Source: an uncultured Chthonomonadaceae bacterium (GTDB taxonomy: Bacteria; Armatimonadota; Chthonomonadetes; Chthonomonadales; Chthonomonadaceae). Taken from it: 64,000 bases of DNA. Location of the stretch: the NCBI GenBank assembly GCA_963817895.1, contig CAWFQB010000001.1:1120001-1184000 (forward strand), given 5' to 3'. The notes beneath the pieces were generated by a model. It worked only from the letters and a program-made list of their open reading frames with translations, was not told the DNA's origin and made no database searches. Below are positions 1 to 9,819 of the stretch, in pieces. The position numbers were made by a program, and so were the translations under genes. The stretch's first letter is position 1. The number at the start of each line of letters is the position of its first letter.

Positions 1-13
1 TCCGCCCTGCTGA

Positions 14-319
14 TTATTCCTGCGAAGCCGCAGTATTTTCCTCTGGCGCATTCTGTCCATTCTGCCTGTCGAGCCTGTCTTGTTCCAGTTCGGCAAAAAT
101 CTCCTCCCAAACTTCCCCGCTATATTTTCCGAACAGGTCTGCAAGTGGGTGTTGCGCAATGGCAGCCAGTGTCTCATCAGAAACAGCAGGCTCCGTCTTA
201 GCAGGAGCAGCAACGTCCTGAGTTGAAAAACAGGCTTTATTCTGTTCCTTGTTGTCTGAGGCAGGAACAGGGGAATTTGTTATGTTAAGCGCTTTTGGGT
301 TTAGGTTCGAGACAGTCAT
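14..319 (-). CDS. Small hypothetical protein, possibly antitoxin-like
   Basis: 101-aa ORF with an AGGAG-type RBS upstream on the minus strand; acidic helical C-terminal part (LADLFGKYSGEVWEEIFAELEQDR). Function is a guess. Confidence 0.5.
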   Translation of the reverse strand: MTVSNLNPKALNITNSPVPASDNKEQNKACFSTQDVAAPAKTEPAVSDETLAAIAQHPLADLFGKYSGEVWEEIFAELEQDRLDRQNGQNAPEENTAASQE

Positions 320-970
320 GGCTTCATTCTCCTGCGCGTATCAACGGGCTGGCGACACTATATTATAGCGTAAGGTGGCAGTATGTCAAGGAAAATCCTG
401 AGATATAACTGTTTTAGGTGTGTCTACCGCCGACATTGCAGCAAATTTGAAACCGGTAGGACGGACAAAAGATGTCTAATCTCTGCATTGCGAAGCGGCT
501 GCATACTCTACGCCGTCAGCAAAGACAATTATAAATTTACTACCGTGAACGCGCTTCAAAAGCCACAAGCGTATCAACTGCTGGAAGAACATATGTTTCT
601 GAAATATCTGGTAAATGTTCCCGCGCCGATGGGCGTTCTGTTGGGAGGCAACGGCAAAAACGCGCCCACGCCGACAGCCGTTCCCTGATGCGCAAGTAAT
701 CCGCAAGTTCGTATCAATGAGAGATGACCTGAGAGGAAGCAGTGCGCGCCGCTCTACGTTTGGCAGTAATTTTCCGCGTGTTCACTACGGACACATTTTT
801 CCGGGCAACGAAAATTACCCGTCGGAATGGCGTTCTGTGTTGAAGGACACAACAAGTTATGTCCTTCAACAGACGCAAATTCATCAACTACAAAGATTCG
901 CGTCCGTAGGACGACTGGCCGCAGGCCATGTAGACAGGGGTTTTCAATCCCCAGCCTATAGGAGTACGCC

Positions 971-1876
971 ATGAAGACCAAACATTTCCTTTCAGGGATC
1001 GGGTGTAGCCTGATGCTGTTCGCGCAGGCAGGCAGGGCGCAGGATGCCAGACAAACGCTGCCCCCGCCGAGTACAACATTCGCGTATCGGACGCCGCCAA
1101 CGGGCAAAATGCCCGACAACATTCCGCCTGCTGTAGCGCGTTTTCTCAAACAGCGCGACGCGGCCAAAACCCTGTCGTTTCAAGCGCAAATCTGGTATCA
1201 CAAGCCGGACGATCTGGACAAAATTCATGCCGGACAACTGCTGGACGTTCAAATCCACAGGCCGAACCTGTTCGCTGTGCATGTGTCGCCTGGTGAAAAA
1301 TACGAAGCCCAAACGCCCACCGGCATGACGATTACCTTTCTGAACCTGCTGGAATCCGCCAGTATCTCAGACGGCAAATCGCTGCTGACGCTGCTCTCTC
1401 CCCGCGTCGGCCAGGTATTTTACAGCACTGATCCCTCCTCTACAACCTACAGCGAGTCAAAATCCGAAGCGTTGCAGCGCATCATTCCCGATGCCGCGCT
1501 GGCGTCGAACGCGCTGGCGGATTATGCGCCCGCGCCGGATGCGCAGCTTGGACTGACGCCCGTTGCCATATACGCATATATCCGCGACGTCACCCCTGCC
1601 GGTCGGCCTAAAGCGCACGAGGAAGACTTTGTGTTGTACTTTTCCAAAGACACGGGCGAATTGATGCGCTGGTCCTACTTCGATTTAGGGCCGGACGACA
1701 AGCGCAGGGAATTTGAGCGCGTGGAGTATGGGGACTGGAAGTTCAACCCGCGCCTGTCCGCTTCCACGTTCAGCGTGAAACCGCCAACCGGGGCCATTCC
1801 CGCGTCTTCCATTCCCATCCCCGGAAGAAAGGCCACTCCTACAACGGCAATCACCGCAACAAAATCTAAAATGTGA
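971..1876 (+). CDS. Secreted LolA-like/DUF2092-like protein
   Basis: GGAG RBS; N-terminal signal peptide (LMLFAQAGRA); 'IHRPNLF', 'SDGKSL' and C-terminal 'WKFNPRLSASTFSVKPPTGA' resemble LolA-fold proteins. Confidence 0.55.
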   Translation: MKTKHFLSGIGCSLMLFAQAGRAQDARQTLPPPSTTFAYRTPPTGKMPDNIPPAVARFLKQRDAAKTLSFQAQIWYHKPDDLDKIHAGQLLDVQIHRPNLFAVHVSPGEKYEAQTPTGMTITFLNLLESASISDGKSLLTLLSPRVGQVFYSTDPSSTTYSESKSEALQRIIPDAALASNALADYAPAPDAQLGLTPVAIYAYIRDVTPAGRPKAHEEDFVLYFSKDTGELMRWSYFDLGPDDKRREFERVEYGDWKFNPRLSASTFSVKPPTGAIPASSIPIPGRKATPTTAITATKSKM

Positions 1877-1989
1877 ACGTCTTATTATCACATTGATAAC
1901 ACGAAGAATCGGAAACCTGTCTTAATCTATTTTCTGTCATTACGTTTCCCGTCGAATTCCTCATTATCAGTGTAGATAAGGGAAACACA

Positions 1990-2814
1990 ATGGCGATTCG
2001 CGTGGTTGTTGCGGGCGCGACGGGCTGGACGGGGAGCGCGGTCACGCGCCACATCCTCCTTTCCCCGGAGTTTGAATTGACCGGGGCGATTACCCGCCAG
2101 CCGTACCATCGCGATGTTGGCGAAGCGTTGGGCTTGCCGCCGGTCGGTTTTCCCCTCGTTGCCACGCTTGCCGAAGCGCTGCAAACCCCGACGGATGTGC
2201 TGATTGATTACACTACGCCGGATACCGTGAAGGCGCGGGTGCTGGAAGCGTTGGGGCAGGGTGTGCGGGTCGTGGTCGGCACGTCCGGGCTGACAGCCGG
2301 GGATTACGCGGAAATTGAAGCGGTGGCAATCGCGCGTAATCTGGGCGTGATTGCGGCGGGCAATTTCTCCCTTACCGCCGCGCTTGCCAAGCATTGCGCC
2401 CTGCTTGCCGCCCAACATCTGTCTTCCCATGCGGCGTTATGGGAAGTCATTGATTATGCATATGCCGGCAAGCCCGACGCGCCGAGTGGCACGGCGCGGG
2501 AACTGGCCGAAGCGCTGCAAGCAATCGCCCCAAACACCCCCGAACATTCGGTAGCCCAAACGCATGGCAATCCCGAAGCGCGGGGCGCGGACATCGGCGG
2601 AACGCAGGTACACTCCGTGCGCCTGCCGAGTTACACCCTCGCGTTTGAAACCATTTTCGGCCTGCCCGACGAGCGCCTGACCATTCGCCACGACGCGGGC
2701 GCGGGCGCGGAACCCTACGTCGGCGGAACCCTGCTTGCCGCCCGCGAAGTAATGCAGATCACCGGCCTGATACGCGGACTGGACACCCTGCTATTCAGGA
2801 AGGATGAAGGTTGA
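1990..2814 (+). CDS. dapB: 4-hydroxy-tetrahydrodipicolinate reductase
   Basis: Rossmann motif VAGATGWTG, 'IDYT', 'VVGTSG', 'AGNFSL', 'KPDAPSGTA', 'HSVRLP', 'ERLTIRHDA'. Confidence 0.92.
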   Translation: MAIRVVVAGATGWTGSAVTRHILLSPEFELTGAITRQPYHRDVGEALGLPPVGFPLVATLAEALQTPTDVLIDYTTPDTVKARVLEALGQGVRVVVGTSGLTAGDYAEIEAVAIARNLGVIAAGNFSLTAALAKHCALLAAQHLSSHAALWEVIDYAYAGKPDAPSGTARELAEALQAIAPNTPEHSVAQTHGNPEARGADIGGTQVHSVRLPSYTLAFETIFGLPDERLTIRHDAGAGAEPYVGGTLLAAREVMQITGLIRGLDTLLFRKDEG

Positions 2815-2902
2815 TAGAAGAAAAGGAGAAAAGGAGAAGAGGAGAATTAATCCACAATCGAAAATCGGCAATCGGCAATTGAGACTCCTTCATCCTTCAT
2901 CC

Positions 2903-4516
2903 TTATCTTTCGTGTCCTCCCGCCTGCCGCAAAAGCGCGGCCACATCCGCGTGTTTGTGGCGAAGCGCGTAGGCAAGGGGCGTTTGCCGCATTTTGCCTG
3001 TTTCATTCACCTTCGCGCCGTGTGCCAGCAGCAGGCGCGTCACTTCCACGTTGCCCGATTGCGCGGCGAGAATCAGGGGCGTCAGTCCCTGCGCATTCGC
3101 GCGGTTCGGGTCGGCCCCGTTTTGCAGCAGCAAAGCAACCATATCCGTTTGCGACAGCGCTTCTATGAGGGGGGTAGTGTATAGCACATTAGGGCTGCCT
3201 GGCGCGGAAAATGACCCGTATATCGTATCGGACTGGATGTTGGCTCCCGCGCGCAGCAGGGGCGCGATCAGGTTTTTGCGGCCATAACGCGCGGCCTGCC
3301 CGATCAACTGCGGACTCGCGCTTCCAGTTTCGCGTGCATCGGCTCCCTGCGCCAGAAACAGGGGAACCAGATCAGGCTGATACTGAATGGCATCGTACAA
3401 TACGCTGTGTCCCAATTTGCCCCGAACATCGGCTCCATGCTTCAACAGCAGCGTGACCAGATCAGGACGCCCGCTTCGCATTGCCGCGCTGATAGCGTTG
3501 CCGCCCACTGCTTTCACGTTTGCCCCCCGCTCCAGCAGTTCCGGCACAAACTGCGGCAACTCGCGGCAGGCCAAGACGAGCGGGGTGGCATTAACCCGTT
3601 TCGGGTCGTTCGCGTTCCAATTTATGTCGGCTCCATGCTGAAGCAGCAAGCGAGCGACTTCAAGATGCTGTCCGCTGATGGCGCCGGTAAGAGGAGAATA
3701 CCAATCGCCATTTACAATGTTGGTCTTTGCGCTCCGTTCGAGCAGCAGGCGCGCGGCCTCAAGACTGCCTTTTTCTGCCGCCGCCATCAGCGCGGTTTGG
3801 CCCTGGACAACCGGCTCTATCGCGTTAATATTTGTTCCCGCATCTAGCAGGCCGCGCAGGGCGTCCACGTCGTTCATTCGCGCCGCCTGCCACAGCGTCA
3901 AATGCGCGCCGTGTTCCCGCAGCAGCCGTACCATTTCCCGGCTGACGGCGAGATGCCGCTTCTGGTCAGCCTCCACTCGCAAGCGCTCCGGTTCGCTCCA
4001 TCTTCCGGGGGGCATTTGCGGCCTGACAATGCCCTGACTTGCATACTCGATTGCAACGTCAAATGGAGCGCTGTCTCTCAAACGGATGCCTGGCGTGTTG
4101 GCATCATTGACGGTCGCGCCGTGTTCCAGCAGGCAGCGGATAAGTGTCAGGTTGCCGCTTCGGCAGGCCTCGAACAGATAACTGCCGGTTTTAGCCGGGT
4201 CAGTCTTTGTCAACGCGCCATGCTCGATCAGCAGGCAGGCGATTTCGGATTGCGCGTCGGATTGCGCGGGCGTGACGACATCGGAATAGAGCGCCAGCGT
4301 TAGCGCGGATATGGGGGCTGCGCCCTCTTCCGTTCGGCGCGTGGCGGCGTCGGCTCCCCGCGCGAGCAGGCCGCGAACAGCAGCCACATTCTTCATTTCC
4401 ACAGCGGCGATCAGGCGGTTGTTTAAGGCGCGGCGATAAACGTTGCGCCCGATGACAAACAACAGAACAGCGACAAGAAGGGCGTAGACGAAACGCCCGA
4501 CGCGATTTTTGGGCAT
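2903..4516 (-). CDS. Membrane-anchored ankyrin-repeat protein
   Basis: Multiple ankyrin motifs (GQTALMAAAEKG, GLTPLILAAQSG, TPLAYA, LLxxGAD). Start chosen at MPKNR (4516), which is followed by a hydrophobic anchor. Confidence 0.88.
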   Translation of the reverse strand: MPKNRVGRFVYALLVAVLLFVIGRNVYRRALNNRLIAAVEMKNVAAVRGLLARGADAATRRTEEGAAPISALTLALYSDVVTPAQSDAQSEIACLLIEHGALTKTDPAKTGSYLFEACRSGNLTLIRCLLEHGATVNDANTPGIRLRDSAPFDVAIEYASQGIVRPQMPPGRWSEPERLRVEADQKRHLAVSREMVRLLREHGAHLTLWQAARMNDVDALRGLLDAGTNINAIEPVVQGQTALMAAAEKGSLEAARLLLERSAKTNIVNGDWYSPLTGAISGQHLEVARLLLQHGADINWNANDPKRVNATPLVLACRELPQFVPELLERGANVKAVGGNAISAAMRSGRPDLVTLLLKHGADVRGKLGHSVLYDAIQYQPDLVPLFLAQGADARETGSASPQLIGQAARYGRKNLIAPLLRAGANIQSDTIYGSFSAPGSPNVLYTTPLIEALSQTDMVALLLQNGADPNRANAQGLTPLILAAQSGNVEVTRLLLAHGAKVNETGKMRQTPLAYALRHKHADVAALLRQAGGHER

Positions 4517-4773
4517 AGCGGTATCCTGACCCTGGGGGGAAGGAGATTGGGGGGTTGAATATCCGGCAGAACCACAGCGTTCGGCGCAAGTATAACACAG
4601 CCACAAAACATTGTCAATTAGTGAGGCGCATGCGTTTGTTTTTTCTATCGGCAGGCGCGATATAAAGAGTATCTTATAGACAAAGCGCGGGCGTTGCCAT
4701 GAGGCAGGCAACGCGGCATGGGTTTATGAGAACCACGCGCAGACTATTGCAGAAAAACAGATCAGGAGGGTTT

Positions 4774-5247
4774 ATGGAAGCGACAAGTTTGAAACTGTTT
4801 TATCATCCCAAAGACCGGTTGCGGCTGACGATTGGCGAGGACAAGTCTTATCCCACCGTGAAGCCCGCGTGGTCCGCGCCGCTGTCGCGTCCGAATCAAT
4901 ACCTGTGCCTGTTGGATGGCAAGGGCAACGAGATTGTGATGCTGCCCAATCCCACCGAATTGCCGCCCAATTCGTGGGAGGCCGTGCAGCAGGAGTTGCG
5001 CCGCCGGTATATGACGGGTACCGTGGCCGCTATTCACGAGGCCCGCGTGGAATACGGCGCGACATACTGGAGTGTGGAAACCAATCGCGGGCCGCGCGAG
5101 TTCGTCACGCAAAGCCTACAGGAAAACGCGCAATGGCTGTCGCCCACCCATTTATTGCTGATTGACGTGGACGGCAACCGCTTTGAAATACCCGACGTGA
5201 ACGCGCTGGACACGCGCAGTCGCAACTTCATCACCGCGATTCTGTAA
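4774..5247 (+). CDS. DUF1854-like protein
   Basis: AGGAGG RBS before ATG 4774; motifs 'PLSRPNQY', 'WSVETNRG', 'LLIDVDGNRFEIPDVNALD' match this family as I recall it. Confidence 0.75.
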   Translation: MEATSLKLFYHPKDRLRLTIGEDKSYPTVKPAWSAPLSRPNQYLCLLDGKGNEIVMLPNPTELPPNSWEAVQQELRRRYMTGTVAAIHEARVEYGATYWSVETNRGPREFVTQSLQENAQWLSPTHLLLIDVDGNRFEIPDVNALDTRSRNFITAIL

Positions 5248-5251
5248 TCAG

Positions 5252-5414
5252 TACCCGTCAAGGTCAAATGGTAGAGGCGCTGCTTGCCGCGCCCACAATG
5301 GCTGCTTGCCGCGCCTTGCTCTGAGGAAGATTGAACCGATGCTGAGGAGGGTTCAGCAAACGTTTGAGGAGGGTTCAGCAAGCAGAACCCCTACCATTTG
5401 ACCTTGACGGGGTA
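5252..5414. mobile_element. MITE-like element of about 160 bp with 23-24-bp terminal inverted repeats
   Basis: TACCCGTCAAGGTCAAATGGTAG (5252-5274) and CTACCATTTGACCTTGACGGGGTA (5391-5414) are reverse complements apart from one extra base. An internal direct repeat TGAGGAGGGTTCAGCAA occurs twice. The element lies between convergent genes. Confidence 0.65.
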
Positions 5415-8330
5415 TCAGGATACGAGGCGCGGGGCTTTTTCCGGGGCGGGAGTGGACGCGAGCGATTGCTTCATTGGGGCCTCGTCCAGATTTGCGCGCA
5501 GGCGGCGGGCGAACCACGCGCTTGCCTGTAGAATGGCCTGCCCCTGCTGCGCCTGAAGCGTTTCGTCGTGCAGCAGCGCGCGCTGGCTGGCGTCCAGATG
5601 CCAGGATGTCATCACATGTTCCTGGTTGAGTTCGCCCGCGCGCACGGTATAGAACGCGACATTGTCGCCCTCGAAACCGAGCGTGTATTTTTCCGCGGTT
5701 TGCGTCCTGCCCACAACAGGCTGTAACGGTTTCAGGCCCCGTTCGCCCCCCTCCTTGTGTTCCAATTCCTCTTCAAAAAGGGCGCGCAGTTCTTCCAGAT
5801 ATTCGCTGTGCAGGGCGGATTGCGTGTTGATATTGGCGCGCCACATCCCATTCATAACGGCGGAGAGATTGTAGAACAGGGAAGCGAGCAGAGACATGCC
5901 CGGATTGCGGGGCAGTTCGCCGCTGTCTATCTGGAAGATCAGGACGCCCCGCTTACGCGCTTCGTCGCGATTGGCGCGCAGCAGGGCCATTGCCGAGTCC
6001 ACGCCCGTATTGTCCAGGACGCCGCCATCGCAAATGTCGAGAATATCCGGTCTGCCATCCGCAAGCGTGACGGGTTCGCCCGGTTTGCCTTCAGGATGAA
6101 TTTTGTAGCGCCGGAACCGCATCAGCGGAAAGCCGAACGGAAAATTGGCGGACGCGCGCGCGGCGGAACGGAGGGGAATGTCCCAAAAGTTGTCCAGCGA
6201 ATTGAGGGTGTTGATCTGCGCGGGAAGCGGATCGAAGCGGTGCGCGGCCTGCCGCTCCGCCGCGTCCGGGTCCGGGGGCAGGTCGCTCGCGGTCTGGCGG
6301 CCTTTGCCGATGTTGTGGTCGCGGGCATCCGGGGCCACTTCGTCGGGCAGGTCGAGCGCGCCGCCTTCACCGAGATCGCGGGCATCCACCCAGGGGCCGA
6401 ACTTGGCGGACTCCTGAAAGGTGGTGGTATCCAGATTGGTGATCGCCAGTCGCGTCCCCGTGCCGGCCAGGGTCGCGTTCAGAATCAGGTTCGGCAACGC
6501 GCCGCAGCGCTCCGCTTCATAAAAATCGCTCAGGCGTACCGGCGTATCGTCGGCGGTTCCGGTATATTTTCCGCCCCGATACCAGGCAAAACTCTGCTCC
6601 CAGAATTTCTCGATGTTGGGGCCGCGCCCTATGGGATAACACGGAAAGTGGAAGCGGTGATGCCTTCGGTGGGGCATCCCTGCCCGGTTGTGCAGGCGGT
6701 CAAAGCTGGTGCGCCAGATGAAAAAACCGGAAATGCAGGCGGCCAGATGGTCCTGCGCCATCGCGTTGATGAACGGGTTGGCCTCGTAGTTTTGCTGCCG
6801 TTTTTCGCTGTCGCCGATTGGGGGCAGGGTCAGGCGGGCATTGGGGCTGACAAAAAAGGAGGCCAGGGGCTGCGGCAATCCTACTTCGTCGTACCAGGCG
6901 GTGACGGGGCGGGCTTCACGGGGAAGCATGCCGGTCGGATCGAAGAACTTGCGCATGGCTTGCCAGCGCGCCATGACCGGATCGGCGGCAAGGCTCTCAT
7001 CGCGTAGATAACGATGCAGCGATTCCACGTAGTAGGCCGCCGCAAGGCTGCCGCCGGAGACGCTGCTGATGGCGTCCGAGCATTGCAGCAGCAGCCGCCC
7101 CGGATACAGATTGCACTCCTCGACCGCTTCCGCCTGATACTTGCCCGCATCATCCGCATCGGACGGCAGGGAGTAGACAGCTTGCGTCGCCCACGCGATA
7201 TCCTCCTGCTGCGCAGAGGTCAGGGCTTCCGGGGGCGCGTTCTGCCACCACATGCGGCTGAGAATGCCTGCCGTGAACAGGGCGGCGCGGGAACCGCCGC
7301 CGGACGCGCAAATGATGACGACGGGACCGGCGTGGCCGGGGTTCCGCGCAATCAGGGTTTGGGGGCGGCCCCGCGTGGCGCGCGACGCGGCGTGGGCGGC
7401 GGGAACTTCCAGAAAATCCAGTGTTTTGAGCGGGTGTTCGCGGCAGTCGTCGTCGGCGTTGAGGATGGCTTTGCCGCCCTCCGTCCAGCGCCAGGGGGAA
7501 AACAGCCGCAGAACGATGAGGATGGGCGGCGCGAGCGAAAGCAGCGTGACGCCTCCGCCGATGCGCGTGTTCAATCCCAGCCAGAATTCCGCGATGCTCA
7601 GGCTGATGGTTCCCAAAACGCCGCATACGGTCAGCATCGCCATGCTGTGATAATCCACGCGGTCGGGGCGACCGGGATTGCGGCGCTGCGTGTTCCACAG
7701 CGACACAATGGCAACGCCGCACGGCAGCCACCAGATCAGCCATGTCCAGAGGGTGAGCCGGATAAAGCGTTTTTTCAGGTTGTCGGTGTCGCCGTCCAGC
7801 CAGCGTATCAGGGTGGGGCGTTCCAGGGTGGGGACATGCAGCGGCTCTTGCAGGCCGGCGTGGAGTTTGTTCAGGCCGGCGGGGTTCAGAGTATGCGACT
7901 GCCTGGCGGTGGCTTGCAGCGTGTCGTAGTGCGCCACCTGGCTTGCGGCGATCTGACAGAGAATGACGAACAGAAACAGCCAGCAGGCGAGGGTGATACT
8001 CAGATTGACCAGCCAGTTGAGCGTAAAATGCGTTCTGCCAATCTGAAATTGCCGCCGGTAGACGCCCGCTTCCGCCGCGCTGTTGGGCGCGAATATGTCG
8101 AAGAGCTGCCCCACTTTGCGGGTGACGATGGCATAAACGATGCCTGCCAGCAGAAAGAAATGAACCAGAACGGGGCCGAATACGCCGCGCTTGTAGTTCG
8201 CCGCCCATACCAGTATCCCCACAACAGCAGCGATTGCCAGCAGTCCTCCGACCTGTCGCCACCAGACAGGGGACGAAATCGGCGTGGAAGAATCCGCTTT
8301 GGGGGAAGAGACGCGCGCGACAGCAGCCAT
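5415..8330 (-). CDS. Multi-pass membrane protein with a C-terminal patatin-like phospholipase domain
   Basis: Several N-terminal hydrophobic helices; patatin motifs SGGGSRAA (oxyanion), SSVSGGS (nucleophile elbow) and DGG (catalytic Asp). Confidence 0.75.
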   Translation of the reverse strand: MAAVARVSSPKADSSTPISSPVWWRQVGGLLAIAAVVGILVWAANYKRGVFGPVLVHFFLLAGIVYAIVTRKVGQLFDIFAPNSAAEAGVYRRQFQIGRTHFTLNWLVNLSITLACWLFLFVILCQIAASQVAHYDTLQATARQSHTLNPAGLNKLHAGLQEPLHVPTLERPTLIRWLDGDTDNLKKRFIRLTLWTWLIWWLPCGVAIVSLWNTQRRNPGRPDRVDYHSMAMLTVCGVLGTISLSIAEFWLGLNTRIGGGVTLLSLAPPILIVLRLFSPWRWTEGGKAILNADDDCREHPLKTLDFLEVPAAHAASRATRGRPQTLIARNPGHAGPVVIICASGGGSRAALFTAGILSRMWWQNAPPEALTSAQQEDIAWATQAVYSLPSDADDAGKYQAEAVEECNLYPGRLLLQCSDAISSVSGGSLAAAYYVESLHRYLRDESLAADPVMARWQAMRKFFDPTGMLPREARPVTAWYDEVGLPQPLASFFVSPNARLTLPPIGDSEKRQQNYEANPFINAMAQDHLAACISGFFIWRTSFDRLHNRAGMPHRRHHRFHFPCYPIGRGPNIEKFWEQSFAWYRGGKYTGTADDTPVRLSDFYEAERCGALPNLILNATLAGTGTRLAITNLDTTTFQESAKFGPWVDARDLGEGGALDLPDEVAPDARDHNIGKGRQTASDLPPDPDAAERQAAHRFDPLPAQINTLNSLDNFWDIPLRSAARASANFPFGFPLMRFRRYKIHPEGKPGEPVTLADGRPDILDICDGGVLDNTGVDSAMALLRANRDEARKRGVLIFQIDSGELPRNPGMSLLASLFYNLSAVMNGMWRANINTQSALHSEYLEELRALFEEELEHKEGGERGLKPLQPVVGRTQTAEKYTLGFEGDNVAFYTVRAGELNQEHVMTSWHLDASQRALLHDETLQAQQGQAILQASAWFARRLRANLDEAPMKQSLASTPAPEKAPRLVS

Positions 8331-8514
8331 TGTGCTTACTCCTGAAAGACATTCGTTTTTTGTTTCGCCTGTAAACAATGCCTGTATTCGTCAGAAGTTT
8401 TGTTTTTCCTGCATTACTGCTGACAACGGGCTGCCCGGAGAAAAATAATGCGGCGGAAGCTAATGGACAAATCACTTAAACATGGTACATTCGCCTCACA
8501 CCGGCATATAAAAT

Positions 8515-8580
8515 GCCAGTTGGAAAGGCCTGCGGCCAACCGTCCTACGGACGGAGGATTATCTCATGTTTAAGTGGTTT
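8515..8580. repeat. 66-bp dispersed repeat, copy 1 (copy 2 at 23228-23293)
   Basis: GCCAGTTGGAAAGGCCTGCGGCCAACCGTCCTACGGACGGAGGATTATCTCATGTTTAAGTGGTTT is near-identical to 23228-23293. Confidence 0.8.
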
Positions 8581-8880
8581 GTCCATAAGTACACGTCCCC
8601 ATAAATTATTTTTTCTATAGTGATTTCAGCAGGATTTCACACAAACACCGTTGAATCTTACTTATCATCGGTTTTTGATGCAACCACGCCGTTTTTACCA
8701 GATAAAAACGGTCATTCGATAAAATATGAGAGCAGAGGAGAAAGTCTTCATCTTCCCATAAGTTTAACGTCTATATGGTGCTTCCGGCTACTTCAGCCTA
8801 CTTTTGCCAGGTGCCACTGCCTCCTGGCATTGCGCCCAAATACCTCTTTGGGGTGATTTACGGAGTATGTCGATCTTCGG

Positions 8881-9780
8881 ATGCATCCCTTAGAAGGGAC
8901 GATTATGCACCTGCTGATAGGTGATTCACATGATTCATGCTGTGTGAGGGTTCGCGCTGTTCTGGAGGCGCGCCATTATCCGACCCGGATAATGGCAAAT
9001 CCATTTATACATCCGTCACGTTTTACATGGCGGTTGAGCAGTGAGCGTTCTTCCAGTCAGCTCCTCTGGGATGCGGAATTGCCGGTGACTGATGACCAGA
9101 TCACGGGGGTATTGGTAGGCAGAACCGGGTGGATTGATCCTGCCGGTTGGCAACCTGATGACCTGGCCTATATGCAGGCGGAGACGCAGGCGGCCCTGCT
9201 GGCCTGGTTATGGAGTTTGACTTGCCCGGTGGTCAACCGTTATCCCGCCGCGATATGGTATCACCCACAGGTTCCACTGTTGTTCTGGCAGCGATTATTG
9301 CGGCGCTGCGGCTTGCCAACAATGGAAACCCTGGTGACTAATGTAGAACAGGAAGCCGCGGTGTTCGGGCAGCGGCTGGCTCAGGAAGGGGTGGCAGGCG
9401 CTGTCTACGGACCGCTCACCAGCGCTGCGCGTTATCTGGTGACCAGTTCGGAGGATTGGCACGGCCTGGCTGCGATGCAGCGCTATGCGCCGGTTTGTCT
9501 GACTTATCCCCACGGGGCCGCAGAATTAGTCTGCGTCGTGGGCAAGCAGGTGGTGTGGAACGGTAAGCCCTCATCTGAGATAGCCCGGCTGGAGTCCGCC
9601 TGCCATCGCTTCGTCGCGGAAACAGGCCTGGCCTTCGTAGAAATGGCTTTTGCCTCCACCTCTCAGGGAATTTGCGTCATCGCCGTTGATCCCTATCCTA
9701 ACATTGAACGTTTTTGTGAGAAGGCCAGGCAGGAGATTGTAGAGGGACTTGTACATCTCCTCACGGCAGAGACGGGTTGA
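8881..9780 (+). CDS. ATP-grasp-fold protein, probably catalytically degenerate
   Basis: Colinear with the next gene ('CPVVNR', 'CGLPTMETLVTN', 'VVGKQV'), but has YGPL in place of YKSL and AVDPYP in place of EVNPSP. The start could be ATG 8905. Confidence 0.75.
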   Translation: MHPLEGTIMHLLIGDSHDSCCVRVRAVLEARHYPTRIMANPFIHPSRFTWRLSSERSSSQLLWDAELPVTDDQITGVLVGRTGWIDPAGWQPDDLAYMQAETQAALLAWLWSLTCPVVNRYPAAIWYHPQVPLLFWQRLLRRCGLPTMETLVTNVEQEAAVFGQRLAQEGVAGAVYGPLTSAARYLVTSSEDWHGLAAMQRYAPVCLTYPHGAAELVCVVGKQVVWNGKPSSEIARLESACHRFVAETGLAFVEMAFASTSQGICVIAVDPYPNIERFCEKARQEIVEGLVHLLTAETG

Positions 9781-9819
9781 CGTTGCAAGCGATCAGACAG
9801 ACTTACTAAGGAGGCGCTT

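Noticed and set aside
383..688. 101-aa ORF upstream of the LolA-like gene
   Set aside because: No clear RBS or recognisable motif; it cannot be supported as a gene, though it is not excluded.
5757..8475. Long alternative ORFs (5757-7007 +, 7014-8345 +, 7150-8475 -)
   Set aside because: Shadow ORFs of the GC-rich patatin gene with no recognisable motifs.
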